Shown: positions 47,306 through 61,309, counted from the first letter of the stretch. The stretch is DNA of 64,000 nucleotides from an uncultured Bacteroidales bacterium (GCA_942492865.1 OW818650.1:23892-87891); one strand, 5' to 3'. Notes: a model not told the origin generated them from the letters alone. A program made the numbers and translations.

Positions 47306-47327
47306 AAACTCCCTGATAAACCTTTAT

Positions 47328-48188
47328 CTAACCTAAATAACCTTTCAATAACCTGCTTCTGGAAGTATGTCTTAATCTCCTGATAGCCTTTTCTTTAATC
47401 TGGCGTACTCTTTCACGTGTAAGCCCGAATTTTTCACCAATCTCCTCAAGGGTCATTTCCTGACAGCCTATTCCGAAGAAAAACCTTATAATGTCTCTCT
47501 CCCTTTCCGTGAGTGTCGCAAGAGCCCTGTAGATCTCCCTTGACAGAGATTCGTCCATGAGGAGTTTATCTGCTACGGGAGAATCGTTATTAGTAAGCAC
47601 ATCAAGAAGACTGTTATCTTCTCCTTCAATAAAAGGAGCATCTACAGAAACGTGCCTGCCTGATACTTTAAGAGTATCCGTCACCTTTTCTTTCGGCAGC
47701 TCAAGAACATCGGCCAGCTCTTCGGGAGAAGGAGTGCGTTCGTTCTCCTGCTCAAATTTGGAGAAAGCCTTATTTATCTTGTTAAGTGAACCTACCTGGT
47801 TAAGAGGTAATCTCACTATCCTTGATTGTTCAGCCAGAGCCTGGAGTATGGATTGACGAATCCACCATACTGCATACGAAATGAACTTAAATCCCCTCGT
47901 CTCATCAAACTTCTCTGCAGCTTTAATAAGACCCAGGTTGCCCTCGTTAATAAGATCCGGAAGGCTTAAACCCTGATTCTGATACTGCTTTGCAACAGAA
48001 ACGACAAACCGTAGATTTGCTTTAGTAAGTTTCTCAAGAGCAGCTCTATCACCTTTCTTAATCCTTTGAGCCAGTTCGACTTCTTCTTCTACCGATATCA
48101 ACTCTTCCTTACCAATCTCCTGCAGATATTTGTCCAATGAAGCACTTTCCCTGTTGGTGATTGATTTGGTAATTTTTAGCTGTCTCAT
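47328..48188 (-). CDS. rpoD: Primary RNA polymerase sigma factor (Bacteroidota-type short sigma-70)
   Basis: 286 aa with regions 2-4 ([43 protein letters not shown]). Confidence 0.9.
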   Translation of the reverse strand: MRQLKITKSITNRESASLDKYLQEIGKEELISVEEEVELAQRIKKGDRAALEKLTKANLRFVVSVAKQYQNQGLSLPDLINEGNLGLIKAAEKFDETRGFKFISYAVWWIRQSILQALAEQSRIVRLPLNQVGSLNKINKAFSKFEQENERTPSPEELADVLELPKEKVTDTLKVSGRHVSVDAPFIEGEDNSLLDVLTNNDSPVADKLLMDESLSREIYRALATLTERERDIIRFFFGIGCQEMTLEEIGEKFGLTRERVRQIKEKAIRRLRHTSRSRLLKGYLG

Positions 48189-48317
48189 TCGCCTTTTTAA
48201 AATTTTTGCAAAGATAGACCTTTTAGGAATAATAACAAAATTATCTCAATAATGTTGTGTCAGGAGACCTGATTTACAAATCTCCTGACACGCAATAAAT
48301 TATGTATGAGGACCAGA

Positions 48318-49766
48318 TTAGTTCCTGAACTGGTAGCTAAACATTGTACCGTCAGACTGGATCCCTTCAATCGCTTTAAGTCCGCTGCCTGCTGCCTGGC
48401 GGGCATCAGAAGGCTTTTCTATTTTTCTGCCGTTGATGCTCAGAATAATATTACCTTTTCTTAATCCAATATCCCGTAACCTTCCTTCGCCAATTTCAGT
48501 AATTTTAACACCATAATCTATGTCAAGTGATTGCTTGTCTGAATCGGATAAAGCCTCAAGTCTCGCACCGAACACGCTCCCCGAACTCATTTCAGCGGTA
48601 ACAATGTCAGTGTTTCCGGCAGCATTCCTAAGATTGATTGGCACTGTCTTTTCCGAACCATCCCTGACATAGGTGATTGTTGCCTTATCGCCCGGACGGA
48701 AGCGGCTAACCTGGACCTGAAGGTCAGTGGCTGTATTTACCGGGACCCCGTTGAAGGCCAATACTATATCATTTGGTTTCAGACCAGACTCTTCTGCAGA
48801 ACTTCTTTCCAGGATATTGGTTACATAAACACCTCTTATCTCTTTGAGTTTTTTCTCTTCAGCATCCCTGGAAGTAACATCCCTGATGTTCACCCCAATG
48901 ATAACACGCTGTACCTCTCCAAATTCTTTAAGATCCTTAACAACTTTCTCTACAATTTCAACCGGAATGGCAAAAGAGTTACCTGCATAAGCTCCACTGG
49001 GGGAATAAATTGCCGATGTAATGCCTACGAGCAGACCCCGGGTGTTAACCAGAGCGCCGCCGCTGTTACCCATATTCAGGGCTGCATCAGTCTGAATGAA
49101 TGATTCTAATCTTGTATCGCTTTCAATAATTTCAAGACTTCTCCCTTTGGCGCTTACAATACCTGCCGTAACTGTCGACGTAAGATTAAACGGATTGCCT
49201 ACTGCAAGGACCCACTCTCCGATTTTCAGCTTTTGTGAATCTCCATATTTGACATAAGCCAGCTTATCAGCTTTGACCTTCAGAAGAGCAAGATCTGTAC
49301 TCGGATCACGACCAATCACATCTGCTTTTAAAATCCTGTTATCGTTAAGCTTAACCTCTATTGATTCGGCGTTCTCAATAACATGATTGTTGGTTACTAT
49401 ATATCCATCGGGTGTAATTATTACACCTGAGCCGTATCCTCTAACTTCTCTTGGCTGCCTGTTGCTGTAACGGTCGCCATAGAACCATTCCATAATGGGA
49501 TTTTCCGGGTTGGAGCCAACCACTGAGGTCGTACGCACATGTACTACTGCATGCACAGTTTGTTCTGCTGCATAAGTAAAATCAACCTGACCTTCACCCA
49601 TCTGAAAAGCTGTCAGCATACCTGATGTATCCGGATGACCAATCGCTGAATATGTGTTCTGCTGATTGTCGACCGGGTTGCTAACGAAAGTGGTATATGC
49701 AAACAGTGCTATTATTGCTCCCAATAGAGCCATAACTAATCCTCCTAATAAAAACTTTCCTTTCAT
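48318..49766 (-). CDS. htrA: HtrA/DegP/DegQ-family serine protease with two PDZ domains
   Basis: 482 aa with His/Asp/Ser triad context (TNNHV, DLALLK, GNSGGAL). Confidence 0.9.
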   Translation of the reverse strand: MKGKFLLGGLVMALLGAIIALFAYTTFVSNPVDNQQNTYSAIGHPDTSGMLTAFQMGEGQVDFTYAAEQTVHAVVHVRTTSVVGSNPENPIMEWFYGDRYSNRQPREVRGYGSGVIITPDGYIVTNNHVIENAESIEVKLNDNRILKADVIGRDPSTDLALLKVKADKLAYVKYGDSQKLKIGEWVLAVGNPFNLTSTVTAGIVSAKGRSLEIIESDTRLESFIQTDAALNMGNSGGALVNTRGLLVGITSAIYSPSGAYAGNSFAIPVEIVEKVVKDLKEFGEVQRVIIGVNIRDVTSRDAEEKKLKEIRGVYVTNILERSSAEESGLKPNDIVLAFNGVPVNTATDLQVQVSRFRPGDKATITYVRDGSEKTVPINLRNAAGNTDIVTAEMSSGSVFGARLEALSDSDKQSLDIDYGVKITEIGEGRLRDIGLRKGNIILSINGRKIEKPSDARQAAGSGLKAIEGIQSDGTMFSYQFRN

Positions 49767-49928
49767 ATCAATAATTTTTTAATTTAATCTTTATATCAGC
49801 AATTTATAAAAATCTGCTGGTAAAAGATTTTTATCTTTATAACCTTAATTTTTGTGTATTGTTTCGTAAAGGTCATACATTTTTTATGCCGTTTTTTATG
49901 TAAAAAAATATTTAACAACACTTTAACA

Positions 49929-50708
49929 ATGATATCTTTAGTATTTAACAAATACCAGGGGGCAGGAAATGATTTTGTAATGGTGGATAATCGCCGGGCT
50001 CAGATAAATCCGTCAGATCATACCCTTATTAACAAATTATGTGACCGGCGATTTGGCATTGGCGCCGATGGATTGATACTGATCTCGGACCATAATGAGT
50101 TCGATTATGAGATGAAGTACTTTAATTCTGACGGGTATATAGGGTCTATGTGCGGAAACGGAGGAAGATGCACCGCGAGATTCGCCTATAACCTTGGAAT
50201 AGCAGGAAAGAGCCAGAAATTCATGGCCTTCGATGGAATGCACGAAGCAATTGTTGAAGATGATATCATCCGCCTGCAGATGAGGGATGTTGCCAATCCG
50301 GGACTTTCTGACGGGGATTATTTCATCAATACAGGTTCACCTCATCTTGTATTGTTCGGAAAAAATATCGACGACATAGACGTTAAAACTGAAGGCAGTA
50401 AGCTGAGATACTCTCCTATGTTTGCTCCGGGTGGCACAAATGTAAATTTTGTTCAGGTTTTGAAAGACGGAATATACGTAAGGACTTATGAAAGGGGTGT
50501 AGAAGATGAAACCCTTGCCTGCGGAACTGGTGTCACAGCATCTGCCATTGCTTCAGTCCTTAAAGGACATTTTGACACTAATTCAATTAATATACGCACC
50601 AAAGGAGGAAATCTTAACGTAACAATGGATTTCTCACAGGAAAAAATTTCCAAAATCTGGTTAAGCGGACCGGCAACATTCGTCTATAAAGGAGAAATTG
50701 AAATCTGA
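49929..50708 (+). CDS. dapF: Diaminopimelate epimerase
   Basis: Begins at the ATG at 49929 (MISLVFNKYQGAGNDFVMVDN). Both catalytic Cys motifs are present (MCGNGGRC, ACGTGV). Confidence 0.9.
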   Translation: MISLVFNKYQGAGNDFVMVDNRRAQINPSDHTLINKLCDRRFGIGADGLILISDHNEFDYEMKYFNSDGYIGSMCGNGGRCTARFAYNLGIAGKSQKFMAFDGMHEAIVEDDIIRLQMRDVANPGLSDGDYFINTGSPHLVLFGKNIDDIDVKTEGSKLRYSPMFAPGGTNVNFVQVLKDGIYVRTYERGVEDETLACGTGVTASAIASVLKGHFDTNSINIRTKGGNLNVTMDFSQEKISKIWLSGPATFVYKGEIEI

Positions 50709-50725
50709 AAGACATCACTTTCAAT

Positions 50726-51751
50726 ATGCAGAAGGAGAAACTCTACGGGAAAACATTAAATGAGCTCATCGCTGTTACTAAACGCGTCGGCTTGCCAGCT
50801 TATTCTGCCAGGCAGATAGCTGACTGGCTGTACAGGAAAGAGATAAGTTCAATCGAAGAGATGACTAATCTTTCAAAAAAGATGAGGGATCTTCTGACTG
50901 AAGATTACGAAATAGGGCTCGCTCCTCCTGAAAGTTTTGCAGTAAGCTCTGACGGAACAAAAAAATATCTGTATAAAGTTCTCAATAATAAGTTTATTGA
51001 GACGGCTTATATTCCGGAAGAAGACAGGGCAACCATCTGCGTTTCATGCCAGGCGGGCTGTAAAATGGGATGTGTATTCTGCATGACGGGCAGGCAGGGA
51101 TTCCAGGGACATCTTTCATCAAATGAAATTCTCAACCAGTTCAGAAGCCTGCCGGAATTTAAAAGTCTCACCAACATGGTCTATATGGGTATGGGAGAAC
51201 CTCTGGATAATGTTAATGAGGTGCTTAAAACACTGGAAATACTTACAAGCGAATGGGGTTATGGCTGGAGCCCTACCAGGATCACTGTGAGCACAGTCGG
51301 ATTAAAAACAGGCCTGAAGGAGTTTCTTGAAAAAAGCCGTTGCCATCTTGCTGTGAGCCTTCATTCACCCTTTGACGCAGAAAGGAGAAAACTTATGCCA
51401 ATCCAGAAGACAAACAGTGTAAAGGAAGTGCTTGATATAATCAGAAATTTCGATTTTAACAGTCAGAGAAGAGTGTCATTCGAATATATACTCTTCAAGG
51501 GGATGAACGACTCACCTGCCCATATAAAGGAGCTTGCCCGCATTCTCAATGGAATAAAATGCAGAATCAATATCATAAGGTTTCACAAAATACCGGGATC
51601 CGAATTCTTCAGTCCGGATGCGAAGGAAACCCTGAATTTTAAAGAGGAACTGACCAAAAAAGGGATCATCACAACAATAAGGGCCAGCAGGGGAGTTGAT
51701 ATAAATGCCGCATGCGGGCTTCTTTCAACACTTGAGAAAAACAAAGCCTGA
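50726..51751 (+). CDS. rlmN: 23S rRNA/tRNA m2A methyltransferase, radical SAM
   Basis: 341 aa with CQAGCKMGCVFCMTG and GMGEPL. Confidence 0.9.
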   Translation: MQKEKLYGKTLNELIAVTKRVGLPAYSARQIADWLYRKEISSIEEMTNLSKKMRDLLTEDYEIGLAPPESFAVSSDGTKKYLYKVLNNKFIETAYIPEEDRATICVSCQAGCKMGCVFCMTGRQGFQGHLSSNEILNQFRSLPEFKSLTNMVYMGMGEPLDNVNEVLKTLEILTSEWGYGWSPTRITVSTVGLKTGLKEFLEKSRCHLAVSLHSPFDAERRKLMPIQKTNSVKEVLDIIRNFDFNSQRRVSFEYILFKGMNDSPAHIKELARILNGIKCRINIIRFHKIPGSEFFSPDAKETLNFKEELTKKGIITTIRASRGVDINAACGLLSTLEKNKA

Positions 51752-51756
51752 AAAGA

Positions 51757-53187
51757 ATGATCAGCAGAGCGCTTTCCATGATTTTTATATTAATACCTTC
51801 CCTCCTGTTTTCACAGAATGGATCCCTTAAAAAATTCATTGAAAATCATGCACTGCAACATGCTTCGTTATCGGCAAGTATTATCGATGCCGGCAGCGGA
51901 AGACCTGTGATGGAATATGACTCCCGAAAGAGCCTTACACCTGCTTCTGCCCTTAAAATTGTAACCTCAGCGGCAGCGCTTGAATTGCTCGGGCCCGATT
52001 ATAAATTTAAGACAGTACTGGGGTATACCGGATCTGTTACCGACGGACGGCTCCAGGGCGATATCATAATCAAAGGTGGCGGGGATCCTGCATTAGGCTC
52101 AGAATACTTCAAAGATCATTACGGTGATTTTATAAAAGGGTGGATCAATGCTATAAAGAGCCTTGGAATAAAGAATATAACGGGCAGGATAATAGCTGAT
52201 GATTCTTATTATGACTACCTGCCGGTTCCGGCAAAATGGCTCTGGGAAGATGCCGGAAATTACTATGGAGCAGGTGCTTATGGAATATCGGTGTTTGATA
52301 ATACCTGCAAAATACATTTTAACACCACCGATTCATTAAGACCTTCAATAACCGGGTTTTCACCTGCTGAATCCAAAATTGAACTGACAAATCGTTTAAT
52401 CGCTGCCGGTAACACAGATGAAGGTTATGTTTTTGCAGCGCCATACAGTAAATACGGATGGATAGCAGGATCAATACCTGTTAACAGGGAAGACTTTATA
52501 CTAAAAGCATCTGTAAGTGATCCGCCTCTGCTGCTTGCCAAAATTATTGACAGGAAGCTTAAGGATGAAGGAATAAGCGTTGCAGGCGCTCCCACAACTG
52601 CAAGGATACTGGAAAAATCTCTCACAACACCCTTAAAGACGATAACAGAGATCAACTCACCTTCCCTTAAGGAAATAATTATGGTGTTAAATCACAACAG
52701 TGTAAACCTATATGCAGAACATCTGACCAAGGAACTTGGAAAAGTTTTCAGAAATTCAGGTACCACACAGGCGGGTATTGAGGTTATTAAGGAATTCCTT
52801 TCAGGCGCCGGAGTAAACCTCAGTGGAATGTTTATTGAAGACGGAAGCGGTTTATCTCCGATGAACGCCGTTAATGCAAAAGAAATGACCGGTCTTTTGC
52901 TCTATATGAAGACTAAAGGGAAATATTTCCCCGATTATTTCGATTCATTTGCCGATGCAGGGAAAGAAGGAACTCTGAGATATTATTTCAGAAATAAAGT
53001 ATTTGAATCAAGAGTAAAAGCCAAAGGAGGATCGATGAAAGGTGTAAGAAGTTTCGCCGGATACTTTAAAACTGCTTCCGGCAGGGATGTGATCTTCTGC
53101 ATAATAGTAAATCATTACTCCGGTCCTGCATCGGATATTATAACGGGGATAGAGGAGATAATAAAAGAATCTATTCTGAATTACTGA
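51757..53187 (+). CDS. dacB: D-alanyl-D-alanine carboxypeptidase/endopeptidase (PBP4, S13)
   Basis: 476 aa with PASALKIVTS (SxxK) and family-typical length. Confidence 0.8.
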   Translation: MISRALSMIFILIPSLLFSQNGSLKKFIENHALQHASLSASIIDAGSGRPVMEYDSRKSLTPASALKIVTSAAALELLGPDYKFKTVLGYTGSVTDGRLQGDIIIKGGGDPALGSEYFKDHYGDFIKGWINAIKSLGIKNITGRIIADDSYYDYLPVPAKWLWEDAGNYYGAGAYGISVFDNTCKIHFNTTDSLRPSITGFSPAESKIELTNRLIAAGNTDEGYVFAAPYSKYGWIAGSIPVNREDFILKASVSDPPLLLAKIIDRKLKDEGISVAGAPTTARILEKSLTTPLKTITEINSPSLKEIIMVLNHNSVNLYAEHLTKELGKVFRNSGTTQAGIEVIKEFLSGAGVNLSGMFIEDGSGLSPMNAVNAKEMTGLLLYMKTKGKYFPDYFDSFADAGKEGTLRYYFRNKVFESRVKAKGGSMKGVRSFAGYFKTASGRDVIFCIIVNHYSGPASDIITGIEEIIKESILNY

Positions 53188-53373
53188 TCAATTGGAGGCT
53201 TTATCAAAAGCTTGTTATATTGCCCTCCACCCCCTGAAGGAGGTTTCCTAAGTGCCTGCATATCAACAAGTACCCTTTAGATGTCACGATAACTATCGGG
53301 ATAGGTGCAAATAATGAAAAGTGAGCTTTTGATACACCCTCATTCAGTGGGTGAGGCCGATCCAGAAATTATA

Positions 53374-55365
<1,992 letters not shown>

Positions 55366-55536
55366 TTACCGGCCGGCTTCAATAATATTAAGAGCCGACA
55401 CTAAATCAACCTGTTAATTATAAACTATAAATAATTGATTATATGCAAATTAATTAGCACCACAAAGATATTATTTTTAAATGATTTTAAAAGAATAATC
55501 TCATTTTTTATCAATCAAAAACATCCATATTTACAC

Positions 55537-57312
55537 TCATAGGCTATAGGTGAACCCTACCATTCCCATAAATCTTTGTGAAGGATAAAAGGCCCATTCA
55601 TAATATCGCCTGTATGATACATTATTCAGTTTAACCCAGAATGAAAGGATCTTAGTGTATCGGTATTCTGCACTTAAATTCAGGTTCAGGTGCGCAGGCT
55701 GGTTAAGAGTCATAATCTCAAAAAGTGGTTCAGGCAGCCTGATATCTCGTGTCGCCAAATGTTTGCGGCTACCGGTACCCACAAATTCTGCTCCGGCAAG
55801 TATTTTATCTCTCAGATTATATTTAAGGGAAAGGCTGGTTTGCCAGTCAGGCTTGTTCCAGGCATAAGCCTGGTCAGCAAGAGTATATTTGAAATAGTCG
55901 CCTTTTGCAATAAATGAGATCTTACCGGTTATTCTGCCCGAAACTTCACCATGAAGATTTAATACTTCGCCGTCATCGGTTAAAACATTAAAATTATTTC
56001 CCAGCCTGTTCCTGCGGGGAATATTATTTGCGGGATCAGGTGTTAGCTGTGAAGTATCAGGGAAAAACCAATTATGGAAGAAGTTCATATCATTGACAAC
56101 AGAATATGTAGCGGAGAGAACATAGTTTCCTTCAATACCTGTATTTCCCTTTAGTCCTGCAAACACAACAAGCTCATTATCTGTGGGAGAAATATTGTAG
56201 AGTCTTCCGTCGGGAATAACATACGGATTTACCCCTATTACTGATCGCGGAGTATTTTTCTCCATAAAGCCTCCAAGTCCGGTATAAAATTGGATATACG
56301 ACGGCACAATGCTGAAACCAAAGTTGATATCGGGATAGATATGCAATCTTGCGGCATTTGTAGTATTTCTTTCGAGCATTGCCTGAAAACCTGCTTTAAA
56401 ATTCCAAAGACGGGTATTTTTGGATATGAATGGACTGACAGAGGTAAAATATTTTGATTTATCCCAGATACTGTCGGACACCTGGTAAAAATCAAGCTCA
56501 GTTTCCGCTCCTGCATAAAAATCACTGAAGAAGGATTTAGCCATTTTACCTGAAAAACGTGTGTTGTGACTGAAAAGGTATTTGTCCTGTGTAAAGTAAT
56601 TGTAGCTGAGATCAAAATCATAAGAGAAGCGCGATGAATCTGAGGTGGAAGATGCAAAACCGATATTTGCTCCTATATTATTATAATTAAACCTTGTATC
56701 CTTTTTATTCATTGGAGGGTAAACGGCTATTGTATCAAATCCGTATGCATGTCTCAGTTTCTGGCTGAAATCAATTGATCCATCCACTAAACTCTTTCTG
56801 AAAAACTTTTTACCGAAGAGAGAGACATCATTATCCATATAGCCTGCATAGGTCCTTAAGTCATTGTCAAGCTTTATATTTGAATTAGTTGAATAATGCC
56901 TGCCGTAAAAGCCTATCGCTCCCTTTTTTGATCTGCGGCTTGCTATGCTTATTTCAGCAAGCGGGCTGTTGTAATTGCCCAGCCCCAGGTTAACAAAGCT
57001 TTTATAAAGCCTGGGCAAAGGATCAGGAAGTAACGAGGCTGGTTTCAGCGGGCTAATAACATACTCCGGTGAGAACGGAATTGTATTTATTTCATAGATA
57101 ATATCAGGGCTGATCTTCAAAGTATCATTCATCTCGGGTAAAAAGCTCCTTTTCTTAAATTCCGGCAAAGATGGCTTATACGGATTGTAAAGAGTGATCT
57201 CTCTTTTCAATCCTGGTTCCTGCTTCCTTGTCTGAGCTTTTGCCGGAACGACAAAAAGGAACATCAGAATGGCAAAAACAAGGTTCCTGTTAATCATATC
57301 AACTATATTCAT
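55537..57312 (-). CDS. Outer-membrane beta-barrel protein (putative porin family)
   Basis: 591 aa with a signal peptide, beta-rich sequence and C-terminal ...GFTYSL. Confidence 0.55.
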   Translation of the reverse strand: MNIVDMINRNLVFAILMFLFVVPAKAQTRKQEPGLKREITLYNPYKPSLPEFKKRSFLPEMNDTLKISPDIIYEINTIPFSPEYVISPLKPASLLPDPLPRLYKSFVNLGLGNYNSPLAEISIASRRSKKGAIGFYGRHYSTNSNIKLDNDLRTYAGYMDNDVSLFGKKFFRKSLVDGSIDFSQKLRHAYGFDTIAVYPPMNKKDTRFNYNNIGANIGFASSTSDSSRFSYDFDLSYNYFTQDKYLFSHNTRFSGKMAKSFFSDFYAGAETELDFYQVSDSIWDKSKYFTSVSPFISKNTRLWNFKAGFQAMLERNTTNAARLHIYPDINFGFSIVPSYIQFYTGLGGFMEKNTPRSVIGVNPYVIPDGRLYNISPTDNELVVFAGLKGNTGIEGNYVLSATYSVVNDMNFFHNWFFPDTSQLTPDPANNIPRRNRLGNNFNVLTDDGEVLNLHGEVSGRITGKISFIAKGDYFKYTLADQAYAWNKPDWQTSLSLKYNLRDKILAGAEFVGTGSRKHLATRDIRLPEPLFEIMTLNQPAHLNLNLSAEYRYTKILSFWVKLNNVSYRRYYEWAFYPSQRFMGMVGFTYSL

Positions 57313-57325
57313 TATACTTCGCAGG

Positions 57326-60300
57326 TTACATTGTGGGAATAGTGTCTTTCTTTACCGGATCGCTTTCACTTAGGGAATCCAGCTTTGATCTTACTTCATC
57401 AAGAATACCATCATCATTTATTGAATAATATTCTTTCAGGCTCTGAAGCGTTGCCCTGGCCTGGAGTACATCACCCTTCTTTATACTTACATCGGCAAGA
57501 AGCAGGAATATCCGAGCCATCCAATACTGGTGCGGAGTATTCTTTTCGATGAATTCGGTTATTACTTTTTCCGCCTCCTGACTTTTATCTGACCTGAAGA
57601 GGATCTCGGCAACACGATATTTTGATTCTGCACCCTCTACGCTTGACACCTCAGTCGCAACTTTCCTGAAATCAGCTAGGGCTCCAGGGAAATTATTAAG
57701 GCTGTAATTTGCTTTGGCATTCATGAAAGTTGCTTCCCGCAGAAGTTCTTCAGGTATTTTCGGAGTATTGATGAGCTTTGAGGCTGCACTAAGTGTTTTC
57801 TGTGCATCTCCTTCCTCCCATGAAGACCTGAGCTGACCTCTGAGGCCGATCATTTTGTTTTCATGATTTGAAGCAATATTTTCAAGTCGCTCATAATAGT
57901 TGTAAGCCGCGGTGTAATTCTCTTTTTCATATTCCAGGATAGCAGCCGATATCAATGCGGGTTCCATGAATTGGTTGTTTGGCACATCGGTAACCGCCGA
58001 ATAAAGTTTAAGTGCCTCATCTTTATTAGCGGATGATTTTAGTGTTTCAGCAAGATAGAACTGGGCATTGAGCCTGAAGCTCCCATCAGGGAATTCATCC
58101 AGGTAATTTCTGAAAACCTCACCGGCCCGTGCCTGATTTCCGGTTATATACAGGTTCTCACCGGAGGCGTAAAGTAACGAGTCGCGTTCCGACTGGTTGA
58201 CATCCCCGTAACCGTCTAGCGATTTCACGTAAGCAAAATATGATTCGACTTCGTTTGTTTCAACATACGCGTTCCTGAGCCCTGTCATCGCATCCCTTGC
58301 TTCCGGAGTAGATTTATAATTTTCTATCACTTTCTTATACTGACCGATAGCCCTTTGATTATCTCCGAGGTTGGTATATAGCAGGCCAAGCTGAACAATT
58401 GAACGAGGGACAAACTGTGAAGTGGGATAATTTTGTATAATGGTGTTGAAGTCAGCTTCTCCTCTTTTATAGTCTTCGAGAACAAGCCTTGCCCTTCCCC
58501 TTTCAAATATCGCATTGGGAACATAGGAAGAAGCAGGAAATTTCTCAACAAGCGTAGTAAGTATTTCGGCTTTGCCCCTCTGATCTTTCATAAGGCCGAG
58601 TGAAAATCCCTTTTGAAACATTGCGTAATCCGCATCGACCCTGCCATAGTCAATTATCTTATCGTAATACCTGATGGCATCAGTGTAGTTAGTTGATATG
58701 TAATAACAATCCGCCATCCTGTTCCGGGCATCTGTCACTATTTCAGGATTAACATTGCCAGGATTTGACTCAAAGCTCCTGAAGTGATTAACAGAATTAT
58801 TATATTCCTTCAGATTGAACCAGGCATATCCAAGGTTATATCTTACCATCTTGTATTCGGAAAGCCCGGCTGAACCGGGAATACCCATAAATTCCTCATA
58901 ATCTTTAATGGCATTTGCATATTCACCCATCCGGTACCAGGCTTCCCCTCTCCAGTAGATAGCTCTTGCCCTTAGGGGCCTGTTGTATTTTCCGTATTGA
59001 AGCGACTTATCGAACATGTCTATTGACGCTTCAATTTCGATATTCTTAAAAAGCTCCAGCGCTCTGTAGAAGGCGACTCTCTGGTAAGCTTCCTGGAGCC
59101 TTGCATCCTTATTCCTTATTTTATCGAGTGAAGCAAGCGCTGCCTTATAGTTCTTTACCTGAAGGTATGTTGATACCAGATAGTCATAAGCTTCCTGGAT
59201 TTTGTCAGACCCGGGATAGAGGTCAATATATTCCTGAAAAGCGTCAATAACTTCTCCAAATGGAGAATATGATGTTTCGTAGGTCAGCTTGGCATAATTG
59301 AACAGTGCATCTTCCCTGATCTTTTTATCAAAATCCATTTTCGAAGCCTCTCCAAACCCCAGCTGTGCTCTTTTCTTATCTCCTTTCTCGATGTATGAAT
59401 TCCCGAGCATGTACCAGATATTCTGAGTCAGAAGGTCATTTCGTACTCCTATCTCAAGGAAGAGCTTGATAGCTTTGTCAACATCACCTGTTCTATAATA
59501 ACTGTACGCAAGCTGGTACTTATCCTCCCTGCCGCTCAACTTTGTTCCCGCCGCGTATTTTTCAAGGTAAGGAAGGGCTTCTTTATATTGTTCCTTATTA
59601 TAATAAGCATCCCCAATAAACCTGTACAGCTCAACGACTCTCTCTTTTCCTGCCGACTCGATCAGCCCTGGGGCCATTGACAGTATTCCGTCGTAATCTT
59701 TCCGCTGGTAAAGGATCTGAACAATGTAAAATGGAACAATGCTGCCGAATGTCTCGTCATCTTTAAGCCTCGTGAAACCATCCATTGCTGTTTCAAACAT
59801 TCTCTGCTCATAAGCTATATGAGAGAAATAATAGATAGCCGGGGGGGTGTAGTCAGTATCAATATCTTTTATCTCAGAGAACATAAGCAAGGCATGAGGT
59901 TTATCACCCTTGTTATATAATGAATATCCGTATCTGAAGAAATATTTCGCCAGATTCTCATCTTTAAGTTCCTGCCGGTTAACTCTTTCATAGTAAGCAG
60001 AAGCCTTTCTGTAGGCTTTATCCTGATAAAAGTAATCAGCAAGCTCCAGCAATCCTTCATTGATCTTTGTACTTTCAGGGTGTTTTGCTATATATTTCAT
60101 CATCCGGTACTCACCATCCGGATTAAAAGCCCTTATGGCCGCAATAGCGCTCATATATTCTGCTTCGGCAGCCTGAATATCATCAGTGCCGGCATTTTTG
60201 GCAACGTAATTATCAAGCAGTCTTATTGCGGCCGGGTACTTCTCCTTATTGAACAGTTCCACACCCCGTCTGAATTCAGAGTTCCATTCCGTTCCTGGGA

Positions 60301-60478
60301 AAGGGACCTGGGATGATACTTCAAAAAAGAAAGCAATAAAAAATATGATAAAAGAAATTGGCTTTAACGCCAACCGGGATTTTGTATGATTTATTTCCAC
60401 CACTGTACAGCTATTAGTAAAAACACAACCACTTAATTTTATGTCAATTAAGTATTTATACCCACATTTGTATAACAA
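57326..60478 (-). CDS. Large tetratricopeptide-repeat protein
   Basis: About 1050 aa with many TPR-like A/Y/L heptad patterns. The start is uncertain; the signal-like segment begins about 40 residues in. Confidence 0.7.
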   Translation of the reverse strand: MLYKCGYKYLIDIKLSGCVFTNSCTVVEINHTKSRLALKPISFIIFFIAFFFEVSSQVPFPGTEWNSEFRRGVELFNKEKYPAAIRLLDNYVAKNAGTDDIQAAEAEYMSAIAAIRAFNPDGEYRMMKYIAKHPESTKINEGLLELADYFYQDKAYRKASAYYERVNRQELKDENLAKYFFRYGYSLYNKGDKPHALLMFSEIKDIDTDYTPPAIYYFSHIAYEQRMFETAMDGFTRLKDDETFGSIVPFYIVQILYQRKDYDGILSMAPGLIESAGKERVVELYRFIGDAYYNKEQYKEALPYLEKYAAGTKLSGREDKYQLAYSYYRTGDVDKAIKLFLEIGVRNDLLTQNIWYMLGNSYIEKGDKKRAQLGFGEASKMDFDKKIREDALFNYAKLTYETSYSPFGEVIDAFQEYIDLYPGSDKIQEAYDYLVSTYLQVKNYKAALASLDKIRNKDARLQEAYQRVAFYRALELFKNIEIEASIDMFDKSLQYGKYNRPLRARAIYWRGEAWYRMGEYANAIKDYEEFMGIPGSAGLSEYKMVRYNLGYAWFNLKEYNNSVNHFRSFESNPGNVNPEIVTDARNRMADCYYISTNYTDAIRYYDKIIDYGRVDADYAMFQKGFSLGLMKDQRGKAEILTTLVEKFPASSYVPNAIFERGRARLVLEDYKRGEADFNTIIQNYPTSQFVPRSIVQLGLLYTNLGDNQRAIGQYKKVIENYKSTPEARDAMTGLRNAYVETNEVESYFAYVKSLDGYGDVNQSERDSLLYASGENLYITGNQARAGEVFRNYLDEFPDGSFRLNAQFYLAETLKSSANKDEALKLYSAVTDVPNNQFMEPALISAAILEYEKENYTAAYNYYERLENIASNHENKMIGLRGQLRSSWEEGDAQKTLSAASKLINTPKIPEELLREATFMNAKANYSLNNFPGALADFRKVATEVSSVEGAESKYRVAEILFRSDKSQEAEKVITEFIEKNTPHQYWMARIFLLLADVSIKKGDVLQARATLQSLKEYYSINDDGILDEVRSKLDSLSESDPVKKDTIPTM

Positions 60479-60592
60479 ATGTAAAATTACAACTATTAAA
60501 CGCCGTTACATGGCTCTTTATTACTGATTTTATTAACATACAAATGTTAATTATCAATTCTTTCCTTAATTTGCGGAAAATTTAACTGGATA

Positions 60593-61309
60593 ATGAAAGA
60601 AAATCTTCCTCTCGATATTATTATTTCGCTGGAAGAGTGCTCTATCTGGCAACAGGATCATCTTGTGCTTACCGGAGTAAATCTGCAGGTCGGAAAAGGT
60701 GAATATATCTACCTTATAGGAAAAGTTGGGACCGGTAAAACCAGTCTGATCAAAACACTGCATGCCCAGATCCCTTTAAAGAACGGTGTCGGGATTGTAG
60801 CAGGTTACAACCTGTCAAAAATAAAAAACCGCGAAATTCCTTTTCTGAGAAGGAAAGTTGGTGTTGTTTTCCAGGATTTTCAACTTCTTACCGACAGATC
60901 GGTGAATGAGAACCTTGAATTTGTTCTGCGATCGACAGGTTGGAAGAACAAGGCAGATATTGATGCCAGGATAGGTGAAGTGCTTGAAAAGGCCGGCTTA
61001 GGATTGAAAGGATACAAAATGCCGCATCAGCTGTCAGGAGGTGAACAGCAACGAGTGGTAATTGCCAGGGCTCTTCTGAATGATCCCGACATTATCCTTG
61101 CCGACGAACCTACCGGAAATCTTGATCCTGAAACATCTGAAGGTATAATCAACCTTTTGCAGGAGATCAGTAAAACAGGCAGAGCCGTCATCGTGGCGAC
61201 TCATAATCATACTATCATTAAGAAATTCCCTTCCAGGACTATCCGGTGCGAAAACGGAAAGCTAAGCGATGTACCCCAGGATCAGCCGTTCGAACTGGAG
61301 GAGCTTTGA
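60593..61309 (+). CDS. ftsE: Cell-division ABC ATPase FtsE-like
   Basis: 238 aa with GKVGTGKTS Walker A, LSGGEQQR and [11 protein letters not shown]. Confidence 0.8.
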   Translation: MKENLPLDIIISLEECSIWQQDHLVLTGVNLQVGKGEYIYLIGKVGTGKTSLIKTLHAQIPLKNGVGIVAGYNLSKIKNREIPFLRRKVGVVFQDFQLLTDRSVNENLEFVLRSTGWKNKADIDARIGEVLEKAGLGLKGYKMPHQLSGGEQQRVVIARALLNDPDIILADEPTGNLDPETSEGIINLLQEISKTGRAVIVATHNHTIIKKFPSRTIRCENGKLSDVPQDQPFELEEL